From Candidatus Zhuqueibacterota bacterium (GTDB taxonomy: Bacteria > BS750m-G25), in assembly GCA_016783505.1 (NCBI GenBank), contig JADHWK010000002.1, forward strand, positions 1 to 64,000: a stretch of DNA of 64,000 nt, given 5' to 3'. Made by a program: the position numbers and the translations under genes. Shown here piece after piece: positions 29,688-39,613 of the stretch (position 1 is the first letter of the stretch; every line of letters starts with the position of its first letter). Under the pieces are notes generated by a model. That model did not search any database. It was not told the origin of the DNA and saw only the letters and a list, made by a program, of their open reading frames with translations.

Positions 29688-29770
29688 AATAGCCTAAGCC
29701 CTGACTAAAAACTCACCGAATTTGGAAAGACACCAGAAGAGTGGTTAGGCTGGGTGATATACTTTCATTT
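29688..29770 (+). pseudogene. Type I RM hsdS 5' stub 3 (degenerate)
   Basis: ..PD*KLTEFGKTPEEW..RLGDIL; aligns to stub 1 with TAC to TAA change. Confidence 0.65.
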
Positions 29771-30059
29771 AAGGGTTGCCAAAAAGAAGAGACCCAAAAA
29801 TATAAACCAACTAAGAGATCGTGAAACATGCCAATAAGGGATGTTATTCAAAATGCTTCGCTTATACATAGTTATCTGACATTGCCCGCCCTGGAAAGTT
29901 GATGTCAATGAAAACTGATAAAGAAATATCTCCAAATGTTAGCATCCACCACCGAATTAAAGCTACTAGAAGCGTGGGTATGTGCCACTGGGAGGTACAA
30001 AACAAAAGAACATATAATAAGAGAAATGTTTTATCAAATCTGGAATACTCGGGGGTGAG

Positions 30060-33000
30060 ATGATGGCCATTAAAATCAAATGGGACCACGAATTTATTAA
30101 ACAAGTTGCAGCTCAAAATGAGAAATATAAAGATGATCCACTAGTAGAAAAATTAACGGATTTTATTGCTAAGAGTGTCTACTCATCCCCATCTCATTTT
30201 GCATTAGAAATGATCCAAAATGCTGACGACGAAAAATCTACTGAGATAAAATTTTATTTTGAAAAGAATAATAAAATCATAGTTACTAATAATGGTAAAA
30301 AATTTTCAAAAGATGATGTCAGGACAATTTGTTACGCAGGGCATAGCCTAAAGAAAAACAAAAAGGGATTTTTCGGAATAGGATTTAAATCGGTTAAAAG
30401 GATAACAGATACTCCTCAAATTATATCTAGCAATTACAATTTCGTTATCCATAAATATTATCACCCAGAACCATGCAAAGAGATCCCAGAAGATATAACA
30501 TTCAACCCTCAAAAAGGTGCAATTTTTATTTTGCCTTTGAAATCTAAAAAAGAATATAACAACATTTTCAAAAATTTTATGGAAGAAACCAATGAGAATC
30601 TATTATTGTTTCTTGATTATATTAAGAAAATTTATATTATCGACAGGAGGAAAAAAGAAGAAAAGACTCATGTTTTGTCTTATGACCGTAAATATGGAAT
30701 TTTAGAAAATTCATATACGGGTAATAAATCGTTTTGGAAAGTATTTAAGAAGATAATCTATGTACCCAAACGTATTCGTAAACCAATGGGAAAAGAAAGG
30801 GTAAGAAAAACTGAGATGGCTTTAGCATTTCCAGCAGATATAAAGGATACCCCAGATCCCCAAAAACTATTTTGTTATCTGCCGACAGAGCGTTTCACCG
30901 GTTACCCCTTTATAGTTCAGGGCGACTTTTTACCCATATTAGGCAGGAGCAACATAGACGAAGAAGATCCTTGGAATAAACACCTATTAAACCAATTGTC
31001 AGAATTAATTGCAGACGCCTTTGAAAATCTAAGAAACTATCCCAATTTTAGATTGCGAATACTTTCATTTCTTCCACTAAAGGAAGAATGTCATGATGAG
31101 TTATTTATTAAGTATATAGACGCTATCTATACGGAATTAAAGAACAGAGAGATTGCATTCACACGAGATATATGTTTTAAAAAACCGACAGATTCTATCG
31201 ATCTTTCCCGCGATCTATGGGAGCTCTTTAGCAATGATGATTTACAAGAGATTTACAAAAATGAAAAATTTGTGATATCGGACGGGTATAATGACCATGA
31301 AAGGAAGATTTTATCTCTGTTGGGCATGGAAACGTTCGGATTAGATAATATAATCTCATTCTTCAAAAATAATAAGGGTATAAGGAAGAAAGTTGTGGAT
31401 CCAAATTGGTTTGTTTCTATTTATGCATACATAAATGACGATTTTGACGACTATGAGAAAGATGATTTGAGGAATGTTCCATTTCTCTTATCTGAAACAG
31501 AGGAGCTTATTTACTCAGAAGATCCAAAAAAAATGGATAAACCAAGGCTAATTGCCAATCAGTATATGAACAAGGAAACCTCATTTTTTTCTGAATTGTT
31601 CAATAAAGATAAACTAATATTCCTCCATAAGAGATTTAGAATATCTAGAAATCAAAAGAAGAATAAAAATTACGATCGCCGACTCGATAAGGTTCATCAG
31701 TTATTTGAATTTCTTGGTGTAATTAGAATGGTTGAGGCGCATCATATTATTACACAACTCATATTACCAAAATTTCAGGAAACGCGAAACGGGAAACGTC
31801 TAGGTCATAAAAAAGCCATTTTATTCACAAATTTTATTCTTGAAAATTTGTCATATTACCGTAAAATATACGGAAGCCGTACAAAAACTGATGATTGGGA
31901 AATTTTCTCAGACATTAGGTCAAAAATCCTAGTACTTGCAGAAAAGAGGGATTCTACTAGTAAGAAAAGATATGTCTTTTTATCCCCAACGGAGGTTTAT
32001 AGACGTGGTGAGGGAAAGAAACTACTCCCTGAAAAATATTTTAGGGGTTTGACTGAGGTACCATTTATCTCCAGAAAATATTTTTCCAAAAAGATCTTAG
32101 GTAGTTTTACTAGCATACCGATTACGCAAGCAAGTAAAAGACGTAAGATATATTCTTGGGATGCTTTCTTCCATTTGATGGGGGGTTGGGAAATCCCAAG
32201 AGTAATACCAATTAGTCGGAGTTATTCTCGATACGACTCAAGACTAAAAGATGATTTCCCAAATGTCGATTGGGACTATGAATATGATTCTACAACAGGA
32301 TACGAAATTAAAGATTGGATAATGCCAGAGTTAACTGATACCATTCGAAAGTACATCAACACAAAGGTTAAAGTTGAAAAAGACCGATTGAAACATCGGT
32401 TAGTTTATATTAGAGAAAGCGTTGCAAAAAATTGGAAAAAATACAAAGATTATAAAAAAGCAGAAGCCTCATATTTTTATTATTCAGATGGGGATATCAA
32501 AGTAGGTTCAACTTTTTATCAACAGCTAAAAAAACCTTGGTTTCCAAGATCTACCGACGGAAAATTAATAATACCTTCAAAAAATTACAAAGATACAATT
32601 GATAATAGATATTTAGCGCCCAAAGGCTCTGATTTTATAGATATACCCCCAGGGTCGAAAGAATTTTATAAGGAAATAGGGGTAATTGAAGATCCTGATC
32701 CAAAGGATGTGCTTGAAAGATTGCAGAAGATAAAAGCACATTGGGATAAAGTTAACAAGATACCCCTAGATAGCTTTAAGAAAATGGAGGCTTATTATAA
32801 GTATTTAGTTGATAAAAGTAAAACAAATCCTGATTTAAAAGATGCAATCGAAAGTATATTTTCAAAAAAGTATGTAATATTTCTTCCTACAAAAGTCCGT
32901 GGTAAAACGAAAATATGGTGGCATAGAGACCAAGTATTTGCAATAGAAACTTTGGATCATTCCCTTACACCATTTTTTCAATCGTTATTTCAGGAAGGAG

Positions 33001-34574
33001 CATACAGCATAGAACTAGAAGAGACATTTATTTCCCTAGGCGTTAGAATTAGTCCGAGCTTTAGAGACTACAAAGAAACCTTTCAACACATTATGAAGGA
33101 GTGGGGAAAAGCCTCAACAAACAAAAGATTGGAACTTAAGGGAAAAATTAGTTATGCTTTAGAAGGGCTAAGTACATTGATCGAAAGCGAATCGGTAGAC
33201 GATGATGAAAAAATTAGGAAACTATTCGATGAAAATATTTTCTTAACCGATCAGAATGAATTTTTAACACCCAATGAAATATATTTGAAAGACGATTACG
33301 AAATCTATGAGGTATTTCAAGATTGTATTCCCACATTGTGGTACAACGGTGAAATAGCATCTATTTCATCATCATTGATAAGGATAGGTTTCAACTCGTT
33401 AAAAGATTATAAAGACAAAAGAAAAGCAAGGTTTATTGATAAAGAATTTATTCATAAAGATGATCTTCCAAAAATGATAGAATTTTGTGAAGTTATTGAG
33501 GCCTTCATAGAAAATAGATTCAGTACATTATATGATAAGCAAAGGGAGAATATCGCTAGATCTAAAGATTTACAAATTTATACAGCAAAAAATATAAAAG
33601 TTACTTACTTCTTAGAGGGCAAAAAGCGAATAAAAAATAATGTGCCCATTTACTTATCGAAAAATGAACTTGTGATATCTACCGCCGAAAACGATCCATG
33701 GTTAGAAGTAATCAGAGATGACTTTTCAAAATGTTTGTCCTCAATTTTTGGAGATTTAGGTCCTCATTTGAGACCTTTGATCAATGATTTGCATCAAAAC
33801 CCAGAAGACATTAACGTTGTCATTCAAAAGTGGGGGTTAGAAAGGGGACGTGTATTTAAAAAATATGTTGAGGAGGAAAGCCAAGTAATCAAGATGCCTT
33901 TGGCTCAAGCGAAAAAAGAACTTGAGACCTTTGGAGAAGAGGTCGAAGAAGAACCAATAACCCAAGTAGTTGATATCACAACCACACCAACCCAAACACC
34001 ACAACCCAAGAGCAAGGATGAGGAAGTTTTCCCGTTAGAAACAATCAACGGTTTTATTATAAAAAACATTAAAACAGGCGAAGTGACTACATTACCACTC
34101 AAAAGAAGAAAGATAAGAAAAAGTAAATTGCCAAAAAAGAAGGGAATTTCTAAAACTTATACCCCATTTTCATCTCAAATGACGGAGGATATAGCTGTAG
34201 AAATCGTAAAAAAGTTTGAAGAATCTCAAGATCGAGTGGATATAAAAGATGTGAGAGATGATGAAGATGAGGGTTGTGACTTAATTTCATCTGGGAGGGG
34301 TGGGAATCGTCTGATAGAAATAAAAGCTTCCAAGGGTAAAAGACCGCAAATTAAACTTCGGCCATCTCAATATAAAAGAGCAAAACAAGATAAAGAGAAG
34401 TATTACATTTACAAAGTAGAAAACATAGAGAAAGGAAAATTACCACATATCGAAATAGTTCAGAATCCGATAGAGAATCCAAAGATTAGAATTGTTCATT
34501 TAGGAGAAGTTAAAATAGAAGGATGGGAAAACTCGGATAAAATCTCAATCGATGTAAGGATTGAAGAAAATTAG
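30060..34574 (+). CDS. Sacsin/NOV-like GHKL ATPase with C-terminal DUF3883 (PD-(D/E)XK) domain; candidate defence protein
   Basis: ALEMIQNADD, NNGKKF, GFFGIGFKSV, FCYLPT, QGDF; C-terminal GCDLIS..LIEIKAS..SQY; AT-rich. Confidence 0.85.
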   Translation: MMAIKIKWDHEFIKQVAAQNEKYKDDPLVEKLTDFIAKSVYSSPSHFALEMIQNADDEKSTEIKFYFEKNNKIIVTNNGKKFSKDDVRTICYAGHSLKKNKKGFFGIGFKSVKRITDTPQIISSNYNFVIHKYYHPEPCKEIPEDITFNPQKGAIFILPLKSKKEYNNIFKNFMEETNENLLLFLDYIKKIYIIDRRKKEEKTHVLSYDRKYGILENSYTGNKSFWKVFKKIIYVPKRIRKPMGKERVRKTEMALAFPADIKDTPDPQKLFCYLPTERFTGYPFIVQGDFLPILGRSNIDEEDPWNKHLLNQLSELIADAFENLRNYPNFRLRILSFLPLKEECHDELFIKYIDAIYTELKNREIAFTRDICFKKPTDSIDLSRDLWELFSNDDLQEIYKNEKFVISDGYNDHERKILSLLGMETFGLDNIISFFKNNKGIRKKVVDPNWFVSIYAYINDDFDDYEKDDLRNVPFLLSETEELIYSEDPKKMDKPRLIANQYMNKETSFFSELFNKDKLIFLHKRFRISRNQKKNKNYDRRLDKVHQLFEFLGVIRMVEAHHIITQLILPKFQETRNGKRLGHKKAILFTNFILENLSYYRKIYGSRTKTDDWEIFSDIRSKILVLAEKRDSTSKKRYVFLSPTEVYRRGEGKKLLPEKYFRGLTEVPFISRKYFSKKILGSFTSIPITQASKRRKIYSWDAFFHLMGGWEIPRVIPISRSYSRYDSRLKDDFPNVDWDYEYDSTTGYEIKDWIMPELTDTIRKYINTKVKVEKDRLKHRLVYIRESVAKNWKKYKDYKKAEASYFYYSDGDIKVGSTFYQQLKKPWFPRSTDGKLIIPSKNYKDTIDNRYLAPKGSDFIDIPPGSKEFYKEIGVIEDPDPKDVLERLQKIKAHWDKVNKIPLDSFKKMEAYYKYLVDKSKTNPDLKDAIESIFSKKYVIFLPTKVRGKTKIWWHRDQVFAIETLDHSLTPFFQSLFQEGAYSIELEETFISLGVRISPSFRDYKETFQHIMKEWGKASTNKRLELKGKISYALEGLSTLIESESVDDDEKIRKLFDENIFLTDQNEFLTPNEIYLKDDYEIYEVFQDCIPTLWYNGEIASISSSLIRIGFNSLKDYKDKRKARFIDKEFIHKDDLPKMIEFCEVIEAFIENRFSTLYDKQRENIARSKDLQIYTAKNIKVTYFLEGKKRIKNNVPIYLSKNELVISTAENDPWLEVIRDDFSKCLSSIFGDLGPHLRPLINDLHQNPEDINVVIQKWGLERGRVFKKYVEEESQVIKMPLAQAKKELETFGEEVEEEPITQVVDITTTPTQTPQPKSKDEEVFPLETINGFIIKNIKTGEVTTLPLKRRKIRKSKLPKKKGISKTYTPFSSQMTEDIAVEIVKKFEESQDRVDIKDVRDDEDEGCDLISSGRGGNRLIEIKASKGKRPQIKLRPSQYKRAKQDKEKYYIYKVENIEKGKLPHIEIVQNPIENPKIRIVHLGEVKIEGWENSDKISIDVRIEEN

Positions 34575-34644
34575 CAAATAATAAACACACAATCCGAAAG
34601 AAATATTTGCACCTCCCACATATAACCGAGAGGCGGGCAACATC

Positions 34645-34736
34645 AGATAACACAGCATATACACTTCGGGCTTACGCCTTTGCCCTTTGGGACATTTTGC
34701 TATCGCAAAACGTCGTATATGCTGGAAACGTCATAC
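34645..34736 (+). mobile_element. attC-like site 2
   Basis: TCAGATAAC (34643-34651) is the exact complement of GTTATCTGA (29871); CAGCATATAC/GTATATGCTG arms; right core GTCATAC. Confidence 0.75.
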
Positions 34737-34940
34737 GCCATGCAGTGCCTGAAAAAGAATAAGGAGACTTATAGAGAAAAAAAGCCGAACAGCAAGTTAA
34801 AGAGACTGGCTTTCAGAAATGGCGTCATCCAGGTGGTAAACTTAGGGAACTTGGTATTGAGTCAATTTTAAATAATAAAACCCGAATAAATTCAAAGCGT
34901 CTACTTTGGTCAGAAATTACAAAATAAAAGGAGGTTTAAA

Positions 34941-36221
34941 ATGAAGAGATTTTTAAGTATCCTGTTTGCTTTGTGCTTGAGCGGACTTTTGGCTTCCGCA
35001 CCCTTGGCACAAACCAACAAGGTCAAGTACATCAAAAAGTACTATGACCCGGTTCTCGAGGAGATGAGGGAAAAAGCCAAAAAGGAAAAAGAGGAAAGCG
35101 ATTCCTTAACCACCGAGATCCGTGACCGACAGAAGGAACGGAAGGAAGAAGAACGAAAAGAGAAGGAGATCATCCGTTTCAATTTTGTCAAGGTCAAAAA
35201 ACCCGCTTCTCCCGAGGTTTTTAAATCAGCATTCCACTTCTCCCCCATGCCCCAATTCCGCACCGGCACCTGCTGGAGCTTCTCCACCACCTCTTTCCTG
35301 GAATCGGAAGTAACCCGCCTGACCGGGCAAAAAATAAAACTCTCGGAAATGCATACGGTTTACTACGAATACCTGGAAAAGGTGCGCCGCTACGTTCAGG
35401 AACGGGGCGACTCCGAGATGGGTCAGGGTTCCGAGGCCAACGCGGTCACCCGTATCATCAAGAAATATGGCATGGTGCCGCGGGAGGTTTACCCCAGCCT
35501 GATGGATGAAGATGATCGCTACGAGCACACCCGACTCGCCAAGGAGATAAAAAACTACCTGCGCTGGGTGGATAAGCACGGCTACTGGGACGAGGAGGGG
35601 GTTATCGCCGCGGTTAAGGCTATCCTGAACAGATACATGGGAGCCCCACCCATCTCCTTTGAATACAACGGGGAGACGATGACCCCCCTGGAGTTCCTGC
35701 AGGACATCCTCAAACTGAACTCCGACGATTACGTGGGCGTGATGTCCACCCTCTCGCTCCCCTTTTACACCCAGGGCGAGTTCAAGGTGCCCGATAACTG
35801 GTGGCACAGCAAAGACTACTACAACGTTCCTTTAAAGGAGTGGTACGGCATCATCAAGAGTGCGGTGAAAAAGGGCTACACCCTTACCATTGGCGGGGAC
35901 GTGAGCGAGCCGGGCTACAACGGCTTTGAGGACGCTGCCATCGTTCCGGATTTTGACATCCCCCAGAAATATATCAATCAGGACTCACGGGAGTTCCGCT
36001 TCTACAACAAGACCAGCACCGATGACCACGGTATTCACCTGATCGGTTATGCTAAGGTCGGCGGCCGCGATTGGTTCCTGATCAAAGACTCAGCCCGCAG
36101 CTCCCGCCACGGCAAATTTAAGGGCTACTATTTCTACCGAGATGATTACATCAAGCTGAAGATGCTGACCTTCATGGTACACAAAGACGCCATGAAGGAC
36201 ATCCTGAAAAAGTTCAATTAA
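34941..36221 (+). CDS. Exported C1 (papain/bleomycin hydrolase-like) cysteine peptidase
   Basis: Signal peptide; QFRTGTCWSFS; LSEM; DDHGIHLIG; IKDS. Confidence 0.88.
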   Translation: MKRFLSILFALCLSGLLASAPLAQTNKVKYIKKYYDPVLEEMREKAKKEKEESDSLTTEIRDRQKERKEEERKEKEIIRFNFVKVKKPASPEVFKSAFHFSPMPQFRTGTCWSFSTTSFLESEVTRLTGQKIKLSEMHTVYYEYLEKVRRYVQERGDSEMGQGSEANAVTRIIKKYGMVPREVYPSLMDEDDRYEHTRLAKEIKNYLRWVDKHGYWDEEGVIAAVKAILNRYMGAPPISFEYNGETMTPLEFLQDILKLNSDDYVGVMSTLSLPFYTQGEFKVPDNWWHSKDYYNVPLKEWYGIIKSAVKKGYTLTIGGDVSEPGYNGFEDAAIVPDFDIPQKYINQDSREFRFYNKTSTDDHGIHLIGYAKVGGRDWFLIKDSARSSRHGKFKGYYFYRDDYIKLKMLTFMVHKDAMKDILKKFN

Positions 36222-36357
36222 GCTTTGATGCAATTGATTTTTTCATGCCGCCGATTTCGGTATATGCGGATTGCACCATAGTGTTCACCAACATCCTCCT
36301 TCGGCGGGGATACACTCGATACGTTATGGGAAATCGCGTGTATAGAGGGGTAAAATC

Positions 36358-36843
36358 ATGTCTGAAATAAGGTACAAGCCAATAGGAATCATTCATTCTC
36401 CGTTCAAAGAACCTTATGGTACACCTATACAATCAGCAGGGGCGCGGGGGATTGAAGGAGTCGTTGAGATATTTCCTGAGTATGCCGAAGGCCTCAAAGA
36501 TATTGAAGGATTTTCGCATATTATTTTGATATACCATTTTCATCTATCCAAGGGGTTTTCCTTAAGGGTGAAGCCATATCTGGATGACCAGTTGCACGGA
36601 GTTTTTGTTACACGGGCACCGGCGCGACCGAACCCAATCGGCATATCAATAGTGCGCCTCGTCAGGATCGAAGGTGTAAAACTCTATATTCAGGATGTAG
36701 ATATCGTAGATGGCACGCCCCTTTTGGACATTAAGCCTTATGTTCCAGAGTTTGATATACGAGAAGTAGATAATATAGGATGGCTTGAAAAAAATGTGAA
36801 TAAGCTTCATAAGACAAAGGATGATGGGAGGTTTAAAAATTGA
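36358..36843 (+). CDS. tsaA: TrmO/TsaA-like SAM-binding protein
   Basis: PIGIIHSPF, GLKDIEGFSHI, GVFVTRAPARPNPIG, DGTPLLDIKPY. Confidence 0.9.
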   Translation: MSEIRYKPIGIIHSPFKEPYGTPIQSAGARGIEGVVEIFPEYAEGLKDIEGFSHIILIYHFHLSKGFSLRVKPYLDDQLHGVFVTRAPARPNPIGISIVRLVRIEGVKLYIQDVDIVDGTPLLDIKPYVPEFDIREVDNIGWLEKNVNKLHKTKDDGRFKN

Positions 36844-36934
36844 TTTATGCGACTTCCGATAACAACGGCAGAGGGCTCCCCCGATAGCTCGGGGTCGCTC
36901 GAATTTGCCCCCGACAAATTTCATATACTCACAG

Positions 36935-37138
36935 AGATCGGGGACGAAGCTCCTTTTAGAAATTGAACGGAAGGCAAGGGAGACTGGTAATAACAAAATC
37001 ATCTTAGATGTAGAAACGAGTGACCAAAAAGCGGTTAAATTTTATTAGAGACATGGATATATTATAGAAAAGGAAACGCCAACTTTTGAAATTAACGGAA
37101 AAATTTTTAAATTTTTTAGACTGTGTAAGATATTATAA
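36935..37138 (+). pseudogene. GNAT acetyltransferase C-terminal remnant
   Basis: ..TKLLLEIERKARETGNNKIILDV..AVKFY*RHGY..; internal TAG, no 5' half. Confidence 0.65.
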
Positions 37139-37157
37139 TATAAAGAGGTAATGGGCA

Positions 37158-37715
37158 ATGCCCTGGATCAGTATCAAAGATGAGGGGAAAGCTACCGGAC
37201 AGTTAAAGGAAATTTACGAAGAGCTTAAAGGAAAACGCGGCAAGATTTCAAATATTATGAGGGTTCAGAGTTTGAATCCCGGAGCTATGAAAGCCCATCT
37301 GAATCTTTATATTAACCTGATGTTCGGGCAATCGGGGTTATCCCGCGAGGACCGTGAAATGATCGCTGTTGTTGTTTCCGCCGCAAATGGCTGTGAATAT
37401 TGTGTGAACCATCATGCAGAGTCTTTAAATCATTACTGGAAAGATAGTGAAAGAATACAGCAGTTTATAAAGGACTTCAACCCCCTTGAACTGGCTGAAA
37501 GGACGTCCCAAATGCTTAATTATGCGGTTAAATTGACTAAGACTCCAAAAGGGGTCCATCGGTCTGATATTTATGCTTTACGTGAATGCGGTTTTTCAGA
37601 TGAGGATATCTTGAACATAAATTTGATAGTTAGTTATTTCAACTTTGTAAATCGGATTGCGAATGGTCTTGGGGTGGAATTCACGCCGGAAGAGGTACAA
37701 GGGTATAAACTATAA
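37158..37715 (+). CDS. Peroxidase-related AhpD/CMD family protein
   Basis: REMIAVVVS..NGCEYCVNHH..YFNFVNRIANGLG. Confidence 0.88.
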   Translation: MPWISIKDEGKATGQLKEIYEELKGKRGKISNIMRVQSLNPGAMKAHLNLYINLMFGQSGLSREDREMIAVVVSAANGCEYCVNHHAESLNHYWKDSERIQQFIKDFNPLELAERTSQMLNYAVKLTKTPKGVHRSDIYALRECGFSDEDILNINLIVSYFNFVNRIANGLGVEFTPEEVQGYKL

Positions 37716-37729
37716 AGGAGATAAAAGCA

Positions 37730-38080
37730 ATGGGTGAGAGAGAGATTGAACAATTCAAAGCGGAGCGAGCAAAACTGAACCAGATCGTGATGAAATACAG
37801 CGGCAGGAATATCAAGAGGTTCTACAGTCTCGATTCCCAGGTATTTAGTGAGGGCGTTCTTCCAAAGAAGATGAAGGAGTTGTTAGGTCTCGTTGCTTCG
37901 CTGGTACTGCGATGTGACGATTGTATTACGCATCACATCATTCGGTGTTATGAAGAGGGCGTGAAGGATGATGAACTTGAGGAGGCAGTTGCTATCGCCC
38001 TTATGGTAGGGGGATCAATTACTATTCCACATCTCAGGAGAGCCCTCCAGACATGGGATCAATTGAAAGGGCAGGAATAG
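37730..38080 (+). CDS. Carboxymuconolactone decarboxylase family protein
   Basis: KELLGLVASLVLRCDDCITHH..VGGSITIPH. Confidence 0.88.
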   Translation: MGEREIEQFKAERAKLNQIVMKYSGRNIKRFYSLDSQVFSEGVLPKKMKELLGLVASLVLRCDDCITHHIIRCYEEGVKDDELEEAVAIALMVGGSITIPHLRRALQTWDQLKGQE

Positions 38081-38100
38081 TCCCCAAGAAAGGTGAGCTA

Positions 38101-38568
38101 ATGAGGGATAAAACGAAGTTGTTCCATTCTCTTCTCAATAGTGTGACAGAAACTGTGAATGGCCCACGGGATAAAAACGAAAAACTTAATGTTATCTGCA
38201 AATTGCTAAAGGATAAGGTTCCCTATTATGATTGGGTGGGATTCTATTTAGTTTGCGAATCAAAAAGGGAACTTATTCTTGGCCCTTTTGCGGGAGAACC
38301 GACAGAACACGTTCGGATACCCTTCGGTGATGGTATTTGCGGCCAGGCAGCGGAGAGAAAAAAGCCGTTTATTGTACAGGATGTTTCAAAAGAGATAAAC
38401 TATCTTGCGTGCAGTGTAAAAGTCAAATCTGAAATAGTGATTCCTATTTTCAAAAATGAAGGGATTATAGGGGAACTGGACATAGACTCCCACACCCTAT
38501 CACCTTTTACTGAAGAAGACAGAAGATTCCTTGAAAATGTGTGTAAAATGGTATCTGAGCTGTTCTAG
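38101..38568 (+). CDS. GAF-domain protein (free methionine-R-sulfoxide reductase-like)
   Basis: WVGFYL, LGPF, GICGQAA, YLACS..SEIVIP..ELDIDS. Confidence 0.85.
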   Translation: MRDKTKLFHSLLNSVTETVNGPRDKNEKLNVICKLLKDKVPYYDWVGFYLVCESKRELILGPFAGEPTEHVRIPFGDGICGQAAERKKPFIVQDVSKEINYLACSVKVKSEIVIPIFKNEGIIGELDIDSHTLSPFTEEDRRFLENVCKMVSELF

Positions 38569-38953
38569 ATGTCTTCATTATCTAAGATTTTAAAGTTTAT
38601 GTCAAGTTTTTGCGCTGAAATCAAACTGTGCCACTTTGAAATTCGATCCCGAAAGTTAGGAACAAATCTTCAAAACCTGTTCCTGACAGGTTCAGGAATT
38701 CAAAATAACTCAAGGCTGAGTTGCTCTAGGCAAAGACTTTTTGGTTTGGAACATTAGGATTTTGGTCATTGGAATTTGTTTCGGCCTATGGCTCGTAGAG
38801 CCAACAGCTCTGAGAGGTTTCGATATTCGTCCGCCGTAGGCGGATTCTTACTCACTTCGTGCCTCGTCTGTTTGCCTGCCAGGTCCGTAGGAAGCTACGC
38901 TCCCAAGGAGGCGATGCTTCGCTAGAGGAGTAAGAGCTGGCATTAGGGGTCAA

Positions 38954-39613
38954 ATGAGCACATATATCCTGATGAAGATATTGGAATCCGCCCCGAGCAG
39001 GTATGACCGGGGCATTCGAATTCTTACGCTGGGAAGATTGGATAAAGTTTATGATCGTTTAACGTCCCATATAAAAAGCGGGGAAAGGGTCCTTGACATT
39101 GGCTGTGGCACCGGAGCACTGTCACTTCGGGCGGCCCAGAAAGGCGCTAAAGTGAAAGGAATTGACGTCAATTCCCAGATGTTAGAAATCACCCAAAAGC
39201 GGGCAATGGAGGCGAATCTTACTCAGAATATGGAATTATGTGAGATGGGTGTTGCTGAGCTGGGAAGCGACGAATCTGAAAGCTACGACGCGGTGATGAG
39301 TGGTCTTTGTTTTTCTGAGTTGACGGAAGATGAATTAGCTTATTCCCTGAAAGAGCTGAGAAGAATATTGAAGCCGGGAGGCCTTCTGCTCATTGCTGAT
39401 GAAGTAAGACCTAAAAGAATTTTAAAGAAGATGGTGAACTGGCTGATAAGGTTTCCCCTTGTCATCATTACTTACCTTATCACCCAAACGACTACAAAAG
39501 CTGTAAAGGAACTGCCTAAAAAGATAGAAGAATCAGGCTTTCTCATAGAATCGGTCACATTAAACAGAATGGGGAATTTTATCGAGTTAGTAACAAAAAG
39601 GCCTGAGAAATGA
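38954..39613 (+). CDS. SAM methyltransferase (corrinoid protein-associated, CpaM-like)
   Basis: MKILESAPSRYDRGI, VLDIGCGTG, LKPGG..ADE; stop overlaps start of the HgcAB-like gene. Confidence 0.8.
   Translation: MSTYILMKILESAPSRYDRGIRILTLGRLDKVYDRLTSHIKSGERVLDIGCGTGALSLRAAQKGAKVKGIDVNSQMLEITQKRAMEANLTQNMELCEMGVAELGSDESESYDAVMSGLCFSELTEDELAYSLKELRRILKPGGLLLIADEVRPKRILKKMVNWLIRFPLVIITYLITQTTTKAVKELPKKIEESGFLIESVTLNRMGNFIELVTKRPEK

Noticed and set aside
34737-36300. C1 peptidase as an integron cassette
   Set aside because: It follows an attC-like site, but no complementary inverse core was found after its stop.
36935-37138. Pyrrolysine read-through of the in-frame TAG in the GNAT fragment
   Set aside because: The gene also lacks its 5' half and no pyl genes are visible; simple decay explains it.
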